A program made the position numbers and the translations under genes. This document shows, piece by piece, positions 50,600 through 63,295 of a stretch of DNA of 64,000 bases. How positions within the stretch are numbered: the stretch's first letter is position 1; every line of letters begins with the position of its first letter. The notes beneath the pieces were generated by a model that did not search any database, was not told where the DNA came from, and saw only the letters and a list, made by a program, of their open reading frames with translations. This DNA comes from Vicugna vicugna (Eukaryota). The stretch covers positions 9,063,878-9,127,877 of the forward strand of contig MU063141.1 in the NCBI GenBank assembly GCA_013265495.1, written 5' to 3'.

Positions 50600-51000
50600 T
50601 TGTTTGTTCAACATATATTTGTTAAGCATTAGCCATGGGTTGGGTATTTTGATGGGTAGTGGGAGAATGAAGATGAAAAGATATGGTCCATGCCCTCAAG
50701 GAATTTGGAATCAAGTGTGGAGACAAAAGCCAACAATTAAACAAGAGTTGGATGAACAGAGCTATGAAGAGGGGGAAGGGATGCACAGATGCAGTGGGAC
50801 CAGGACTGGAGGAGTCTGTCAGGCAGATGAGAGAAGCACTTGAAAGAGAGTGATGGGTCCCTCTGTGGGGAATGGCTAGGAGGAGCAGGGACTGGAGAGA
50901 CAGGATGACTATCAGGTGGTAGTTTGAGTTATCCCAGGGAGAGATGAGAGAGGCCGGGGCAGTGAGGCTGCAATGCAGAGAACAGAAATGAAGGAAACAG
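50600..51000 (-). mobile_element. L2 3' region
   Basis: 'ttgttcaacatatatttgttaagcatt...atggtccatgccctcaaggaattt...'. Confidence 0.6.
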
Positions 51001-51394
51001 AGCGGGCAGAACACACATAGCTTGGGGATGAAAGGGACATGGGTGAGAGGGAAGGACCCTTCCTCCCAGGTTTGGTTTCTTACCTTGCTTGTGTGTTTGT
51101 CTCCCCCATTTCTGGAGCCAGAATCCAGGAGTTCTTTAGTCATGAGTTTAGCAGAGAATGGCAGGGTAGAGCAAGTATTTAAAACAGCTCAGATTCCTTG
51201 TCTGTGAAGTAGCAATAGTAACCCCGAGTCCGCAGGACTGCTGGGGAGCTAAAATGGGAACAAAAGAAGGTGCTTTTGAAACTAAAAAGCAAAGTAAAAA
51301 AAAACCAGAATCCTGTTATTACAATGAATATTAATGATTATCATATTCATTCTGGACTTACTCTGAAATAAAATGAGGATGGTGGTGGTCACAG

Positions 51395-51720
51395 CAATTA
51401 ATACCTTGTTTGGCACTTAATACATTCCTGACACTCTTCTCAAGGCTTAAGATGTATTGACCAATTTCTTTCTCACAGTAACCTCATTTTATTCTTTTTT
51501 TTTTTAAGGGGGAGGTAATTTGGTTTATTTATTTATTTTGATGGAGGTACTGGGGATTGAATCCAGGACCTCATGTATGCTAAGCATGCGCTCTACCACT
51601 GACCTATACTCTTCCCCTTAATAACCTCATTTTAGAGAGAAGGAAACTGAGGCACAGAGAAGTTAGACAGTGATTCAAGGTCACAGCTATTTAGGGACCT
51701 AAAATGGGTTTGGTTCTGGT
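51395..51720 (-). mobile_element. MIR hosting a vic-1-type SINE
   Basis: MIR continues after the SINE as 'ctcattttagagagaaggaaactgaggcacagagaagtt...caaggtcacagc'. Confidence 0.7.
51491..51617 (-). mobile_element. tRNA-Ala-derived SINE (camelid vic-1 type) with a 12-bp TSD
   Basis: Minus strand reads GGGGAAGAGTATAGGTCAGTGGTAGAGCGCATGCTTAGCATACATGAGGTCCTGGATTCAATCCCCAGTACCTCC, then an (AAAT)n/C-rich tail and poly(A). TSD TAACCTCATTTT at 51479-51490 and 51622-51633. The A and B boxes each deviate from consensus. Confidence 0.88.
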
Positions 51721-53759
51721 CTACTGGCCCCTCTTACTTCATTTTCCTCCTGTACCATCGTTGTCAGAATCCAAGTACAATCTAGCCATTAATTGCACCC
51801 ATGTCTTCTCTGGTGATCTTGGAGATTTGTGTGCACTGCCCTTGCTGCCAGCTTTCCAGGCGTAGTTCCCGTTCTCTCTTAGTATTAGCCCTGTGTTGAC
51901 TCAAGTGCTCTAACATCTACGTTGACGAAAGTGTGGTCCTCTAAGTGATGGCGGGGCTGTGTTTACACCGGGGATGCAGGGCCCAAGCTTTAGGTCTCTG
52001 GTGAGTGTTTCACAACAAAATTCAATACCTGTTTGTACCATGTGGCCCCAGAGGAACGAAATGGTGCCTCTGCCTGTGATGGAAGGTGTAAGAAGAGGAG
52101 GGAGGGACAAGGGCAGGGAAGGAAAGGAGCAAGTGTACAGGAAGGAGAAAACCACAGAGAGGAGGACAAGGAAAATGTGAAATAAGAAGGACTAGAAATA
52201 GGAATTAGATTTGCCTCTCTGACTGATCGAGTGGATGAATGAATGAAAGACAAAATTTTAAGTGCCTGTTAAGTACCAGGCATGCTGAGGCTTTTCCCCA
52301 TCAATTATCTCAGTTAATCCTGGTGACAACTCCACTCTTTGTTGAAGAAAGTGCAGTCTGACCATTTTTGTTACGGTTGTGTTCTTACACACCTTTTATT
52401 TCTGACAGCCTGCAGCTACCTGCTGCGGTGTCAGGTTTTTCTACTGGCTGGGTCCAAGGGTTCTTGAGTAGACAACTCGGCTGAGAATTTTCCAGCTGCT
52501 CGGCCTTCCATGGCTTTGTGCTTGACCCTCTCCCCCTCCTTCGTAAAAATGTCTGCGAGTTTCATGCCTTAGATCCTTAGATCCTTTTAACAAGACCTTC
52601 CAAAGCCGTAAAGCTCAATGGTGCATGTGATGGACAGTGCGGGAAAGGTAGTAAAAAGAAAGTTCTCCATCCCTGCCAGGTCGTGCAAAGGAGAGAGTGA
52701 GAGTAATGGGTTAAATAGAGCTCTTAAGTTATAAAAGTCACAATTATAGATGCGTGTAATTTTTAGCACAGAGATTTATTAATTTGCATTCAGATCGTTA
52801 GAGTCAATTAGCAGCTTCAGCTTTTCCTGCAGAGCTTTAAGTCTTTTACCCTTTACTTCCCTTGTGAACCCCAGATCACATCTTCACAGACTAAGGCTTC
52901 AAACTGACCTTTGATATTAGTGTCTGGAAAAAAGGAAGTTCTACACTGCTGCCCCCTGCCTTCACTACCATGCACAGAAGCTTCCTCTTCTCTCTTTTTC
53001 TATCCATTGGGGCCTTTTTCTTTAACTCTATTTACTACTCATCAAATAGCCCATTTGCAGCACTCTCTGCAGGAATTAATATAAAGGGAAAAGAAGTGGA
53101 AACTCCCTGTAGTCCTCCTTTTCTCACTCAGTTGAGAAACCTGTTAATTTCAGGAAAGGAAAAGAACAGAAGAGTAGCAGAAATTCTGCTTGAAAACCTG
53201 ACTTCTGGTGTTGGGCCCCAGATAGGAGCCAGAGATTTCCTTGTTCGCCTCACCTCTTGTTTGGGAATGGTATCTGTAGGGAACGCACATTAAATGAACC
53301 TTGAGAAACATCAACAGAAGTCCACTTAATTTTTAAGAGTTTTCCTACTGAATGGTGTGGGGCAACATTCTTTTGGGAATCATTTGGCTAATCTTTGTCT
53401 ACAGTAAATTAGATGGTTGCCGATTTCTTCCTGTTGCTTTTGCTTTGTTCTAATTACATTTATAAACTCTTGGAGTTGGAAGCAAGATAGTCTTTGCTCC
53501 TGATGGCTACTGGCCATTGAATCCTTATAAATAATTTAAAAATTAGTCTAAGAATCCATCATGTCCACCCTGGTGGTCTTCATTCCCCGGTCACTGCTGC
53601 AATCTCTCTGGTTTCCAGTCCCATTCCCACGTGGTTGAGAATGGATCGAGATCTCCCAGCAGTGGTGGTGATTCACGTGTGTGCAGATCCATGAACACAA
53701 TGCCAAGGCACTTTACCTTCACTGCGTCTCAGTTTTGTCCTGATGTGTTTATTTCGGAT

Positions 53760-54560
53760 CCCCTTTTAATTTCCTATCAGTTTAATTAACACGGCTATCT
53801 CTGATCTGCTCTATGCCAAAGTTTTCACCCGCCTCCCACCTCCCTTTGTCTTAGCAGATGGTCTGACCACTCACAACTCTAGAAAATGTGAGGTTCTCAG
53901 GCTTCAACTGTTCTCTCCTTTGGCCCCTCAGTTTGCTCTTAATTACATCCATCCTTTGCTCCTTCCTACCTTTACAGGGCTGACCATTCTGTCTCTGCTC
54001 TTCTGGAGCTAGCCTCTGCTTCCTGCCTCAGCTTTATCTTTTGCAAATACTCACACTCTGGTTTGACTCCCCCACCATATTAACCTCTTGCATTTTCTTC
54101 ATGTAAGCCTTGCTGTAAACACCTCTGTCTACTGTGAACAGACACTTCCACCTCTGCTGAATTGGTTTCACTCTTCCTCATGTGAACTTGGCTCTCAAGT
54201 CTGGATTTTAGATATGCCACCCACAGGCTCCCATGCCGTCCGTGTATATCTTTATCATAGCACTAATCACATCATATTCCAATTGCCTGTAAACTGTCTT
54301 ATCTAGTCTTGTATTCCAGAGTAGTGCTTGGTACATAAGTTTCAAACAACAAGAATCTACTGTATACCACAGGGAACTACGTTCAATTTCTTGTAATGAA
54401 AAAGAATCTGAAAATATATGTATATATATGTATGTTTATGTATAACTGAATCACTTTGCTGTACACCTGAAACTAACATTATAAATACACTACCTTCAAT
54501 AAAAACTTTTTTTAAAAAATGCATTGAACAATGAGAAAAAAGAATGAATGAATGAATGAA
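53760..54560 (+). mobile_element. Degenerate L2 ending in a (GAAT)n tail, split by a young L1
   Basis: 'atagcactaatcacatcatatt...ccagagtagtgcttggtacataag[L1]...ttgaacaatg...gaatgaatgaatgaa'. Confidence 0.5.
54344..54505 (+). mobile_element. Young L1 3' end (~160 bp)
   Basis: 'aaacaacaagaatctactgtataccacagggaact...gtataactgaatcactttgctgtacacctgaaact...ttcaataaaaa'. Confidence 0.85.
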
Positions 54561-54684
54561 TCTTATAAACTCGATGCCATTCAATCCAAACTGCCTTGAC
54601 AATGCCTCTTAACTCCATTGGTATTTTGTCAGCCCTCCGTCACTGTTCAATTTTCTCCAGCTCAAGCTTTTATTTATTTTGGGG

Positions 54685-54935
54685 GAGGCAGTTTGGTTCA
54701 GTGGTTTCAAGTATTATCTTTGGAGCCTTGTTTCCTTGGTTTTAAGCCTGTCTGGCTTGGTTTCCCAGCTGTGTGACCTTTTCCAGATTACCTCGTCGCT
54801 GTGCCTCATTTACGCCTTGTTACCTATAAATGAAAGGCAATAATCACATCTCTTCCATAGAGTTGTTTTGTGGATTAACTGAGGTAGTTCCTGTGTAGCC
54901 CTTAGTGCCTGGTATGTAGTAAATGATAATGACAT
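54685..54935 (+). mobile_element. MIR SINE
   Basis: 'ggcagtttggttcagtggtt...cccagctgtgtgacct...gtgcctcattt...agagttgttttgtggattaactgag...gtgcctggtatgtagtaa'. Confidence 0.65.
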
Positions 54936-54959
54936 ATGGACTATTTTAATTTCCTAGCT

Positions 54960-55140
54960 GCTACTTTTATAATTTTATTTTCTATTTTTGTGAACTATTT
55001 CAGACATGCAAATAGAAGATAGAGATTAATATTGCAAATACCCATGTGCCTACCACCAGTTTAGGAAAGAAATCAACAAAGACAGTAAAAGCTACCTTAG
55101 GACCCTTTCCTGTATCACCTTTTCCTCCTTCTTTCCTCCT
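54960..55140 (-). mobile_element. Old L1M (L1ME-type) 3' end
   Basis: 'atacccatgtgcctaccaccagtttaggaaagaaat...aagctacc'. Confidence 0.45.
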
Positions 55141-55224
55141 CTAGTTACCTGGCCACAATGCACCCTGCAAATCAGTAATCCTTATCATTTCTAGAATTAT
55201 CACCCCCTCTCTATTCTTTTATGC

Positions 55225-55525
55225 GCATCAAAGCTTTTCTCTTCCTTCAAGCTCACTTCAAATCCTTCCTCCTCCAGGAAGCCTTCTCAGATCCCCCCAG
55301 TTGAAATGAACCTCTCCCTTTTGCAGGCTACTTTAGCACTCTGTTCCTCTCTTAGATCTTGTGTCGTGGCTGCTTGGTCTCTGATTTATTTATGTGTGTG
55401 TGTCCTACAGGACTGTGGAGTGTCGGAATCCCTTCGTTTCCGTCACACTTCAAAGCACCAGCGCAGTGCTCTGCCTGTCTGCTGGGTGGGGGCTCAGGAC
55501 CTCTTGTCTAGTCAGCTGAATCTGA
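55225..55525 (+). mobile_element. L2 3' region
   Basis: 'ccttcaagctcacttcaaatccttcctcctccaggaagccttctcagatcccccc'. Confidence 0.55.
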
Positions 55526-56159
55526 GTGTGAGGAGGGACTTCAGGAAGGCCATCACATCCCTCAGAAAAGAATTCGGAACTCTTGTTTAGTGATTGCTTG
55601 ACTAAGTGGCCTGTCTAGACGGCAAAGCACTGAGGAAACATTAAGCTCTTCTTTAGTTAAAATTATAGTCCATCATTGCAATTCTCTGAATATTTCCATA
55701 ATGTTGGCCCACAGTGCAGGGTAATCAAATTACTTTCATGCCACTTCTTTCTCTCATGTGCCATCCATTGTTCCTGTTGTTACTGCTTTCACTTAATTTT
55801 TTAATATTTTTTCATTTAAAATTAATTTGTAAGCAGAGTCTCATTTCAGTTTCTAATCCAGCTGACTTTTTGCCAGGTACGTTTAATGTGTGGGTAAAAA
55901 GAAAGAATGAATGTGGGGGTGTATGTGGAATGTCATTTTCTGCTTCATGGACTTAGAAAGACACTTCCCATCATAAAAAATGTGCAAATTAGGGGATTTC
56001 CAAAAATATATGTGTGTGTTCTGTGAGCAATAATGCTAAGAGGGAGTATATAATTTCCTTTTGATTTGGGCTCTAGCCATTTTTGTAGAGAAAATCACTG
56101 ATTATGGCTTTAATAGGTAAGTGGAGAATCTTAAAGCTGGATGAGACCTTAGATACTCC

Positions 56160-57050
56160 TAGTCCGGAATTTCTTTATCCTATCAGAACTCATGCACTCT
56201 TTTTTTGACAAATATTCAGTAATAGTGCCCTACTGGCGTAAAATAAATTTCACCAATAATATAAATAACAGATATATTTTAAAAAATCAATATAACACTC
56301 TGACTGAAATATAAATGAAAAATACAAAGAAAATAATATGTAATAAAATTAAATACATGTACATAAATGTTATGTATATACATAATATAAAATTACATAT
56401 AATTTACGTATAAAAGTATGTTTATATAAAGTTATATATGCACATATCCATGCATCAGTATCAGTATATAAACACTTGAGCATGACTCCATGTAAACATA
56501 CGAAGTAGTCAGATGCTTACATCTGTGCATAGAATTATCACGAAGGCAACAGCCACAAATGCCTTTGGATACAGGTATGTGGTATTGTCAACTCAAACAC
56601 CACATGCCTTATGTCAATGGTATGATTTTCCCAGATAGTGAATTATAATTTAAAAACTGTTCAAAGTGAAGCAATTTTACTCATCCATACACAGTCACCC
56701 ACACATATGCATAGATTTTAGCTGCTTTCCTGGAAACATCCATGTGTATTGAAATAGCATGAAACAAAAAAATACTTTATGTTTGCATGTGAAAAAAGAA
56801 TTACTAGTAGGCTTAGATAGTTATCAAAAGGGTTTATCTAATATCTGAATGTGTGGTGGAACATTTGGAAAATCACATTGAACATAGGACAGTTTTTCCC
56901 TTGATGGAATTGTTCTACCCTTTATAGCTTCTGTGACTGACCCTTGACCCCTAAATGCCCATAGGAGTGGTCCAAAGTCATCGTGACCCCACCTCCCTAT
57001 AAATGTCCAGATTGCTCCCTAGCAGCTGGTGCCACCCCATTGCAAATCTC
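56160..57050. mobile_element. Charlie4-like hAT remnant with an AT-rich interior
   Basis: The right end 'cccctaaatgccc...agtcatcgtgacc...ccaccccattgcaaatc' resembles a Charlie4/MER20-type terminus. Confidence 0.45.
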
Positions 57051-57239
57051 TCATCTTGTCCTACCACCTTCTTAAAGAATTTGAGAACCAGAGAGTTTCA
57101 GTTACTTGAGACTAGTCATGTAACTAATTAAGCTTCATGAAGCCTGTGAGCTGCTGACAGCTTTGTGCTGTCTGTAGCTACAGTGTCACCCAGATCTACT
57201 GTCAGAAATATCTAGACTGATGAATTATGAGAAAATGCC

Positions 57240-57430
57240 TAGAATTGTAACCTGCCACTTACTTTAAAGGTCTGGGCAAATAATTTGTGTTAGTTAACCT
57301 GTTTTAGCCCCAGTTTCTTCAGTGGTGTAAACCACTGGTGATAATAGAACCTAAATCATAGAGTTATTTTGAGGATTAATAGGAAGTGTGTATAAAGTAC
57401 TTGCTATAGAGTAAATGTTTATAGCTATGA
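57240..57430 (+). mobile_element. MIR SINE
   Basis: 'cccagtttcttcag...gataatagaacctaaatcatagagttattttgaggattaatagg...gtataaagtactt'. Confidence 0.55.
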
Positions 57431-58604
57431 TGATGATGATTATTATAATGATGATGACAAGGACAGTGACAATGAAAAATAATTATACTTGAGATAAAAA
57501 GGTTCCTTATCCTTAATTTTCTTTCTAACTTAACTAGAATTTTTTTTTTAAGCAGCTGGATCACCTAGTCTGATTTTTATTTTATTTTGATCCTTCTTAT
57601 CACTCGCAGATTTCTTTAAGTTAAATGCTCATCCTTTTCCTTTTAGCTAATACTGTCATTTAAATCACCTCACATTTGAAATCTTTTTTTTCACTGACAC
57701 ACTGGAGATTTGCTTACCTGACTTTAAATGAAGTTATAGTAATAAAATCCTTTTTACACTGGTAGAGAACAAATACCTAAACTTTATCACTCACTGTTTT
57801 TGAAAAAGGTATTTTCCTTCATTTTTGCAGAAGCTGTATTCCCAGAACTTAGCGCTGTGATGATTTCTTTAGTAACGCACAAATTCTATATTAATCTCTC
57901 AGCAGTTTTCTGTTAAGTGCATTTTTATGTTTGGCAAGATTAGGGTAATCTAGGAAAATTAGTTTTCTTTTCTTATTACTTTTCCTATTTAATTTGTAAC
58001 CAGTTGAAACACCACAATATGATGGATGATTGATCCTAGTAAAACTGCAAAGTTAAGGGATAATTGGCAGACTTTGGTCAAGCAATGAAGACTTCCACTA
58101 CCTTTCAACAGCTTTAAGACAACCTCATTATTAAAATGTACATACTAGCAAAATTCTGGATGTGCATGGAATGTAATTACTGTAAAACGATGCCAGGGTT
58201 TTATTTTTATGGTGGATGTGTAATGTCTGTAAAGCAGCGTGTGGAATGGGTGAGCCCTAGCGCTACAGAGAAGCTTGAATGAAAGTGGAATTTTGCAGCT
58301 AGCTAACTCCATCCTACTTACTTCCTGTTTAACAAACAGGAGCACATAAATGCAAGATTTCCAATCGTTCAGTCCAATCCAGAATCCTTCCTGGAAATCT
58401 CACTCAATTTACATAGTTTGCTCATGGAAGTTAAATTCTTTCTGGTGATGACAGTTCAGGATGTGAGCCAGTTACTTTCTTAAGCCAAGGTCCCATTTTG
58501 CAACAATGTGGATATTACCAACTTTATTTTGAGAATGAGATGGATTCAGGAGATAATGAATAAACAAGACAAGTTGACCTAAGGCCCAAGCGTATCTTAT
58601 TCTT

Positions 58605-58715
58605 TCATTTACTTAATCATTGTATCATTTTATGAATGTTTATTGAACACCTGCTCTGAATGAGGCACTGTGCTAGGTGCAGGAACTATGTAAGGTAGAC
58701 ATTGTTCTTATCCTC
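58605..58715 (-). mobile_element. L2 3' terminus
   Basis: 'gtttattgaacacctgctctgaatgaggcactgtgctaggtgc'. Confidence 0.65.
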
Positions 58716-60214
58716 GTGCATCTGATTATCAGTCCTGATGATTTGATTTTGTCGCATACAACAAGGTGGGTACGCAGGAAGTGTAATATGTCTTAGAATG
58801 TAAATATAATGACTATCTTATGGAAGGTCAGCCAGCAGAAATTTAAAAATTTAAATTCCTAGCCAAATATAAAAGAGCCAGCATTGTGGTACATGAACCA
58901 GTCACGGAATCTATATATAATCTTGATTCTTGTCAACAAACTTTTGTTGAAGAATCACTGTGTAAATGGACTGTGTATCTGTGAATAAGACCCAAGCCCT
59001 GGCCTTGAGGAACAAACACACATTCCATCAAAAAAGATGCTGGGTATATTGTCCTCTGGAAAGGTTTGGTCTCTTAAGAGTAATGGCTTTCAGATTTACC
59101 TCTGCAATCAGACAGTCAAATCTTTTAAATACGCCAGGAGAGAAGAATTGATGAGCATGTATCTTGAAACAGCATAGCTCTCCCCCAGATCACATACTGA
59201 TGAGAAGTGGCCTTCAAGGATCTAAAGCGACTTTTCCTAGCAGAACATGTTTTTGCCTAAAAGAGAGTCAGGAAAGATTTCAGTGCATCTTTTGGCAGTG
59301 GTGTTAGAATGTAGAGAGATGTAATTGAATTTTTCAGTGGAAAACTCAGTTGCAGTGATCTGCTCAGTGAGTGTGATATAAATTATCATGCCATTATCAA
59401 CACCATCTTCCATCTATAAAACTAGAGGAAATACATGAGCATCATAAAAATCCTTTTACCATCAAAAGGACTTTATATTCATGACACTGCTCTGAAAGCA
59501 ACCACAAGAATTTTCAAGAGATCTTAACTATTCTGCATAGGAATTGTAGCATCAGGGAATTATGATAAGCTGGAAGAAAACACAGACTCTGTATTAATTT
59601 GGGAGTTTCTAGTGTTCAGAATGTAAGTAGTCACCAGATTTCTTCTAGATGTATATTCCACATTCAAATTGTGTACTGATGGATGGAAAATAGAAGGCAA
59701 AATTGAGAAAGTCAGCTTATCTGCTTGGCACCTAAACCGGATACAGAGTATTGTGATAGTATCAAGCCTCAAAGTACCCCAACACTTCAAAATCAGAACT
59801 GCAGAATACAGCTAATTTCAGCCTAACATTTATCAACTTTTACATTAGACTGCACTGATGTTGTTTTTCCTTATACCAGGAAATATCTTGTGGAGGAACA
59901 GCATTGCCCTTTAAGAGATTAAGGTGAAAAAAGCTTTGGGATTTGTCCGGATGTGACTTTGTCAAAATTTCTCCAACCTGTTATTTTCAACCCTGGTCCA
60001 CTTCCTGGGGTGAGAATTCACAAGTCTGCATCCTATTCAATAATACTTTTATGATTTAAAAGGCACTTAAAAGTGCCTCCCTTCAGCTATACCTGTAGTC
60101 CTGGAATTTAGCAAACAGGCATATTTGCACCAACTCTCTCATGGAATGTTTCTTTCTGTCATATATGTGTCAGATTTTATCTCCAGCTGGGGACTCTCCT
60201 TGGACACTTTAGAG

Positions 60215-60443
60215 CAGTGGTTCTTAAGTCAGATAATTTTGCCCCCTAGGGAACATTTGGCAGTGCCTGGAGATGTTTTTGGTTGACACAACTCGGAATG
60301 TGCCGCTGGCACCTAATGGGTAAAGATCAGGGATATTGCTAAACATTCTGCATTACCCTGGACAGAACCCCCTAACTTCAACAACAGAGAATTAAATTAT
60401 CCACCTACAATGTCAACAATGTAGATGGAGGTTGAGTGTCCTG
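60215..60443 (+). mobile_element. MER20 hAT-Charlie MITE
   Basis: 'cagtggttct...ttttgccccctagggaacatttggcagtgcctggagatgtttttggttgacacaact...gaggttgagtgtcctg'; degenerate 8-bp TSD CTTTAGAG / CTTCAGAT. Confidence 0.85.
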
Positions 60444-61134
60444 CTTCAGATGTCTCTCTCTGGATCCTTTTACTATGTGTGTCTGTCCCTCTTCAGACAC
60501 AGTTACAGAATCTAGACTTAATGCAAAGGGAAAATAATGCCCTTTGTTTTTCTAAACCTGCTTGATAATACTTGGAAGTTTTTGGTCTGTATGTTTAGAA
60601 AATGCTGAGCTTATGGCCTTCATTGCTTTCCAAAGTTGTTACCAGTAGCTCTGAATCCATCATCCCATATGATTCCTTTGTATTTTAATCCTTAGTGTGT
60701 GCTCATCTTCAGTGAAGCACGTCTGTCACTTCTCATTCCGCTCAACTCTTTGCCATTAATGCTCATCAGCTTGACTTCTCATCTGCAATCTGGAACACTT
60801 TACGGCTTCACCAGCCAGATGATTTATATTTTTAAAAAGGTTAATTAAGATCAGCTACAACAGACTCTTTGTTGTTAACTCCTTTACACTTAGAGAAATT
60901 ATACATCTATCCTTCCTTCTTGCTTGTAGTTTTGAACCATTCTTCCCTTAACACAAAACATTTTTCCAGTTACCACACAATTCAGTTGGAAAAGCATGCC
61001 CACGAGTTCTCCTTGGCCACAAACTGACGTCAGTCTCTTAAAGAATTCTAGATCAGCAGAGTAGCATTTCCCCCAACAGAAACCACAGTTGCCTTTCCAT
61101 TCAGTGGTTGTGTGTTCTGATGCGGAGAGGGGTT

Positions 61135-61300
61135 GATTCAATTAAATACTGAGTATCTATTCCGTATAGGTCTATATGCCAGGCTGTGAGGGCATACAAA
61201 ATGCATAAGAAATAGTCTTTGCTGAACAGCTTAAAACCTAGTTAGGGGTGGCAAGATATGTACATAAATAACAGTAACATACTATAGAAAGAGATGTATG
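61135..61300 (-). mobile_element. L2 3' terminus
   Basis: 'tatgccaggctgtgagggcatacaaaatgcataagaaatagtc'. Confidence 0.45.
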
Positions 61301-61794
61301 TGTACAAGAGATCCAGTCTCCAGGTGTCTGAAGCATCATACTTGTACAGCCTGCCTGCCAGTCACGTGTGAAAGTTCAAGTTACTGATCTAGACCTCCAG
61401 AACCCATGTTCTGTGTTAAAAGCATGCTGGCAGTCTTCCAGACACCTCGTATGAGGATAATTTTGTAAATGACAAGTTGTACATTTTGGCCCCGTGTTTC
61501 ACTGTTCCATCCTCAAGTTCCTTGAGGCCTCTGACGTGTATTACAACCACTCCTGGTGATTTATTTATGTCCGTTGCGTCATTTAGACTCAGAACATCAC
61601 CTATTCTTAACATTAAGATGACCGCTGTGCTTCAAAAGGTGGTTTTAGCTTTCAGATCTCCATAATAACTGCTGAAGAAAGGACTCAAATATTATTTTTG
61701 CTTGATTTCTGTATTCTTTAGTTTCACCATTTGGGGCATAGGTGACTGCCCTCTCTTCCCTCCACCCCAACTATATTCTGTAGACTTTTCTATT

Positions 61795-61990
61795 CTGAGG
61801 TGGCTTGGTATAAAATTATAAGCTTTGCAGTCAAATATATCTGGATTTAAATCTCTGCTGTAACTTTGTGTCTTTATGGATGACTTTTTAACGTCACAGA
61901 ACTACGATTTCCTCATTGTACAGGCAGGATAATAACATCTACTTTTCAGAGTCTTGAGAAGATTCATTGAGATGACCTAAAATGATTGCC
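61795..61990 (+). mobile_element. MIR SINE
   Basis: 'gctttgcagtcaaatatatctggatttaaatctctgct...tttcctcattgta...gataataacatctac...gattcattgagatga'. Confidence 0.6.
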
Positions 61991-62237
61991 AAAATATTTT
62001 TTCAGCAAATCCTCTCCCCAACCTGTTCATCTAACTCACTTAGATAATATTTCTAGAGGAACTCTATCTCCTTTTTCTCTGTCTCAGCAGTGGCTTCTGT
62101 TCCTTCACTATTTACCAGCACAGACTCCAGCCCCCCTATCCCTTCCTGGTCATTCTGATCAACAGCATATATTTCCCCTCTGTCTTCTGATAATGTATGT
62201 TTAATGTAACATTTTCACTAATTCCATACTTTACCAT

Positions 62238-62607
62238 TGCTACCATCTGAAAGTTTGTGCCCTCCCCTCTGCAATTCCTATGTTGAAATCCTAACCCCCA
62301 GAGGTGGTGGTATTAGTGGGTGGGGGCTTTAGGAGGTGCTTAAGTCATGAAAGGTGGAACTTCCCTGAATGAGATTAGTGCCCTTATGGAAGTAGCCCTA
62401 GAGAGCTCCCTTGTCCCTTTCACTGTGTGAAGACACACTGAGAAGTCTGAAGTCTGCAACCTGGAAGGGAGCCTTCGCCAGACCTTGACCATGCTGGCCC
62501 CCTGATCTTGGGCTTCTGGTGTCCAGAACTGTGAGAAATAAATTTCTGTTATTTATAAGCTTCCCAGTCTGTGGTATTTTGTTACAGTGGCAGAACAGAC
62601 CAAGACA
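62238..62607 (+). mobile_element. MLT1A/B-type MaLR solo LTR with a 5-bp TSD
   Basis: TGCTA...AAGACA termini; internal 'ccagaactgtgagaaataaatttctgtt'; TSD ACCAT at 62233-62237 and 62608-62612. Confidence 0.88.
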
Positions 62608-63099
62608 ACCATAGTGTTGGATTTTTTAAGCCGTGTCTGGCTGTAGCCCACATGTTGAGATTAATTATGCGATACTCCTTATCTCATCTTTTACCAGTCA
62701 CTACTTCCCGTTTCTGCATTTGTATTAAAATAAAGAAGCATATTTTTATTTTCATATGGAATTGAAAATTCAGTGTCGTTTAAGTCAAACTTTTCTGCAT
62801 GTTCTCCTACAGAAGATTTTTGTTTTCTGTTTTGCAGTCTGTATTTGATTTCAAGGTGGTTCATTGAGTACCTGTCATATACTAAGAAATGTGCTGAGTG
62901 CCTTAAATTTATTATCTCACAATTCTGCAAAAGGTTGTGAAGTATTCCTATCATGAAAAAAGTTCTTTAGCACCGCATGTGGTGTTCTGGTGGATTTATT
63001 TTTATTTAAAGGTGTCTACAGAAAATAGGTGTCTTTCTGCCATTCTTCTAAAGAGATAACATTATGAATCAGTTCTTTTCAAAGGATGGGCTTTTAATA

Positions 63100-63295
63100 A
63101 TTTTGTTTTTATTATATATTGAACACATACAAGATAACTATAATGTATATATAACGTACAAAAATTAAAAAATAACATTGCATACCCACCAACCAGTTTA
63201 AGAAAGAAACATAACAAGCATGTTTAAAAGCTCCTGTGTGCCATTTGCCTACTCAGCCCTGCCCAAAGATAACCTCTAAACTCTTAAACTTTATA
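63100..63295 (-). mobile_element. Old L1M 3' end
   Basis: 'catacccaccaaccagtttaagaaagaaacataac...aagctcctgtgtgcc...agataacctcta'. Confidence 0.5.

Noticed and set aside
51540-51617. tRNA-Ala(AGC) gene
   Set aside because: It has a non-tRNA tail, poly(A), a TSD and mutated A/B boxes, so it is a SINE.
56089-56116. Micro-exon-like segment (ttttgtag|...ATAG|GTAAGT) translating KITDYGFN, like a kinase-homology subdomain VII motif
   Set aside because: The upstream frame (YNFLLIWALAIFVE) lacks the expected catalytic-loop context, a stop follows immediately, and no other kinase exons were found; treated as coincidence.
61416-61613. ORF 'LRIGDVLSLND...VVVIHVR' superficially PDZ-like
   Set aside because: Spacing is far too short for a PDZ fold, there is no GLGF-type loop, and no splice signals bound it.
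332-62954. The supplied ORF track as protein-coding genes
   Set aside because: The ORFs are short and unrecognisable, or overlap repeats (L1 antisense ORFs at 332, 705, 23851, 24133, 34260, 43829, 44108, 44566, 48739; 50622-51143 is antisense to L2; 45587-46069 overlaps MIRs). Lengths up to ~170 codons are near chance expectation in this composition.
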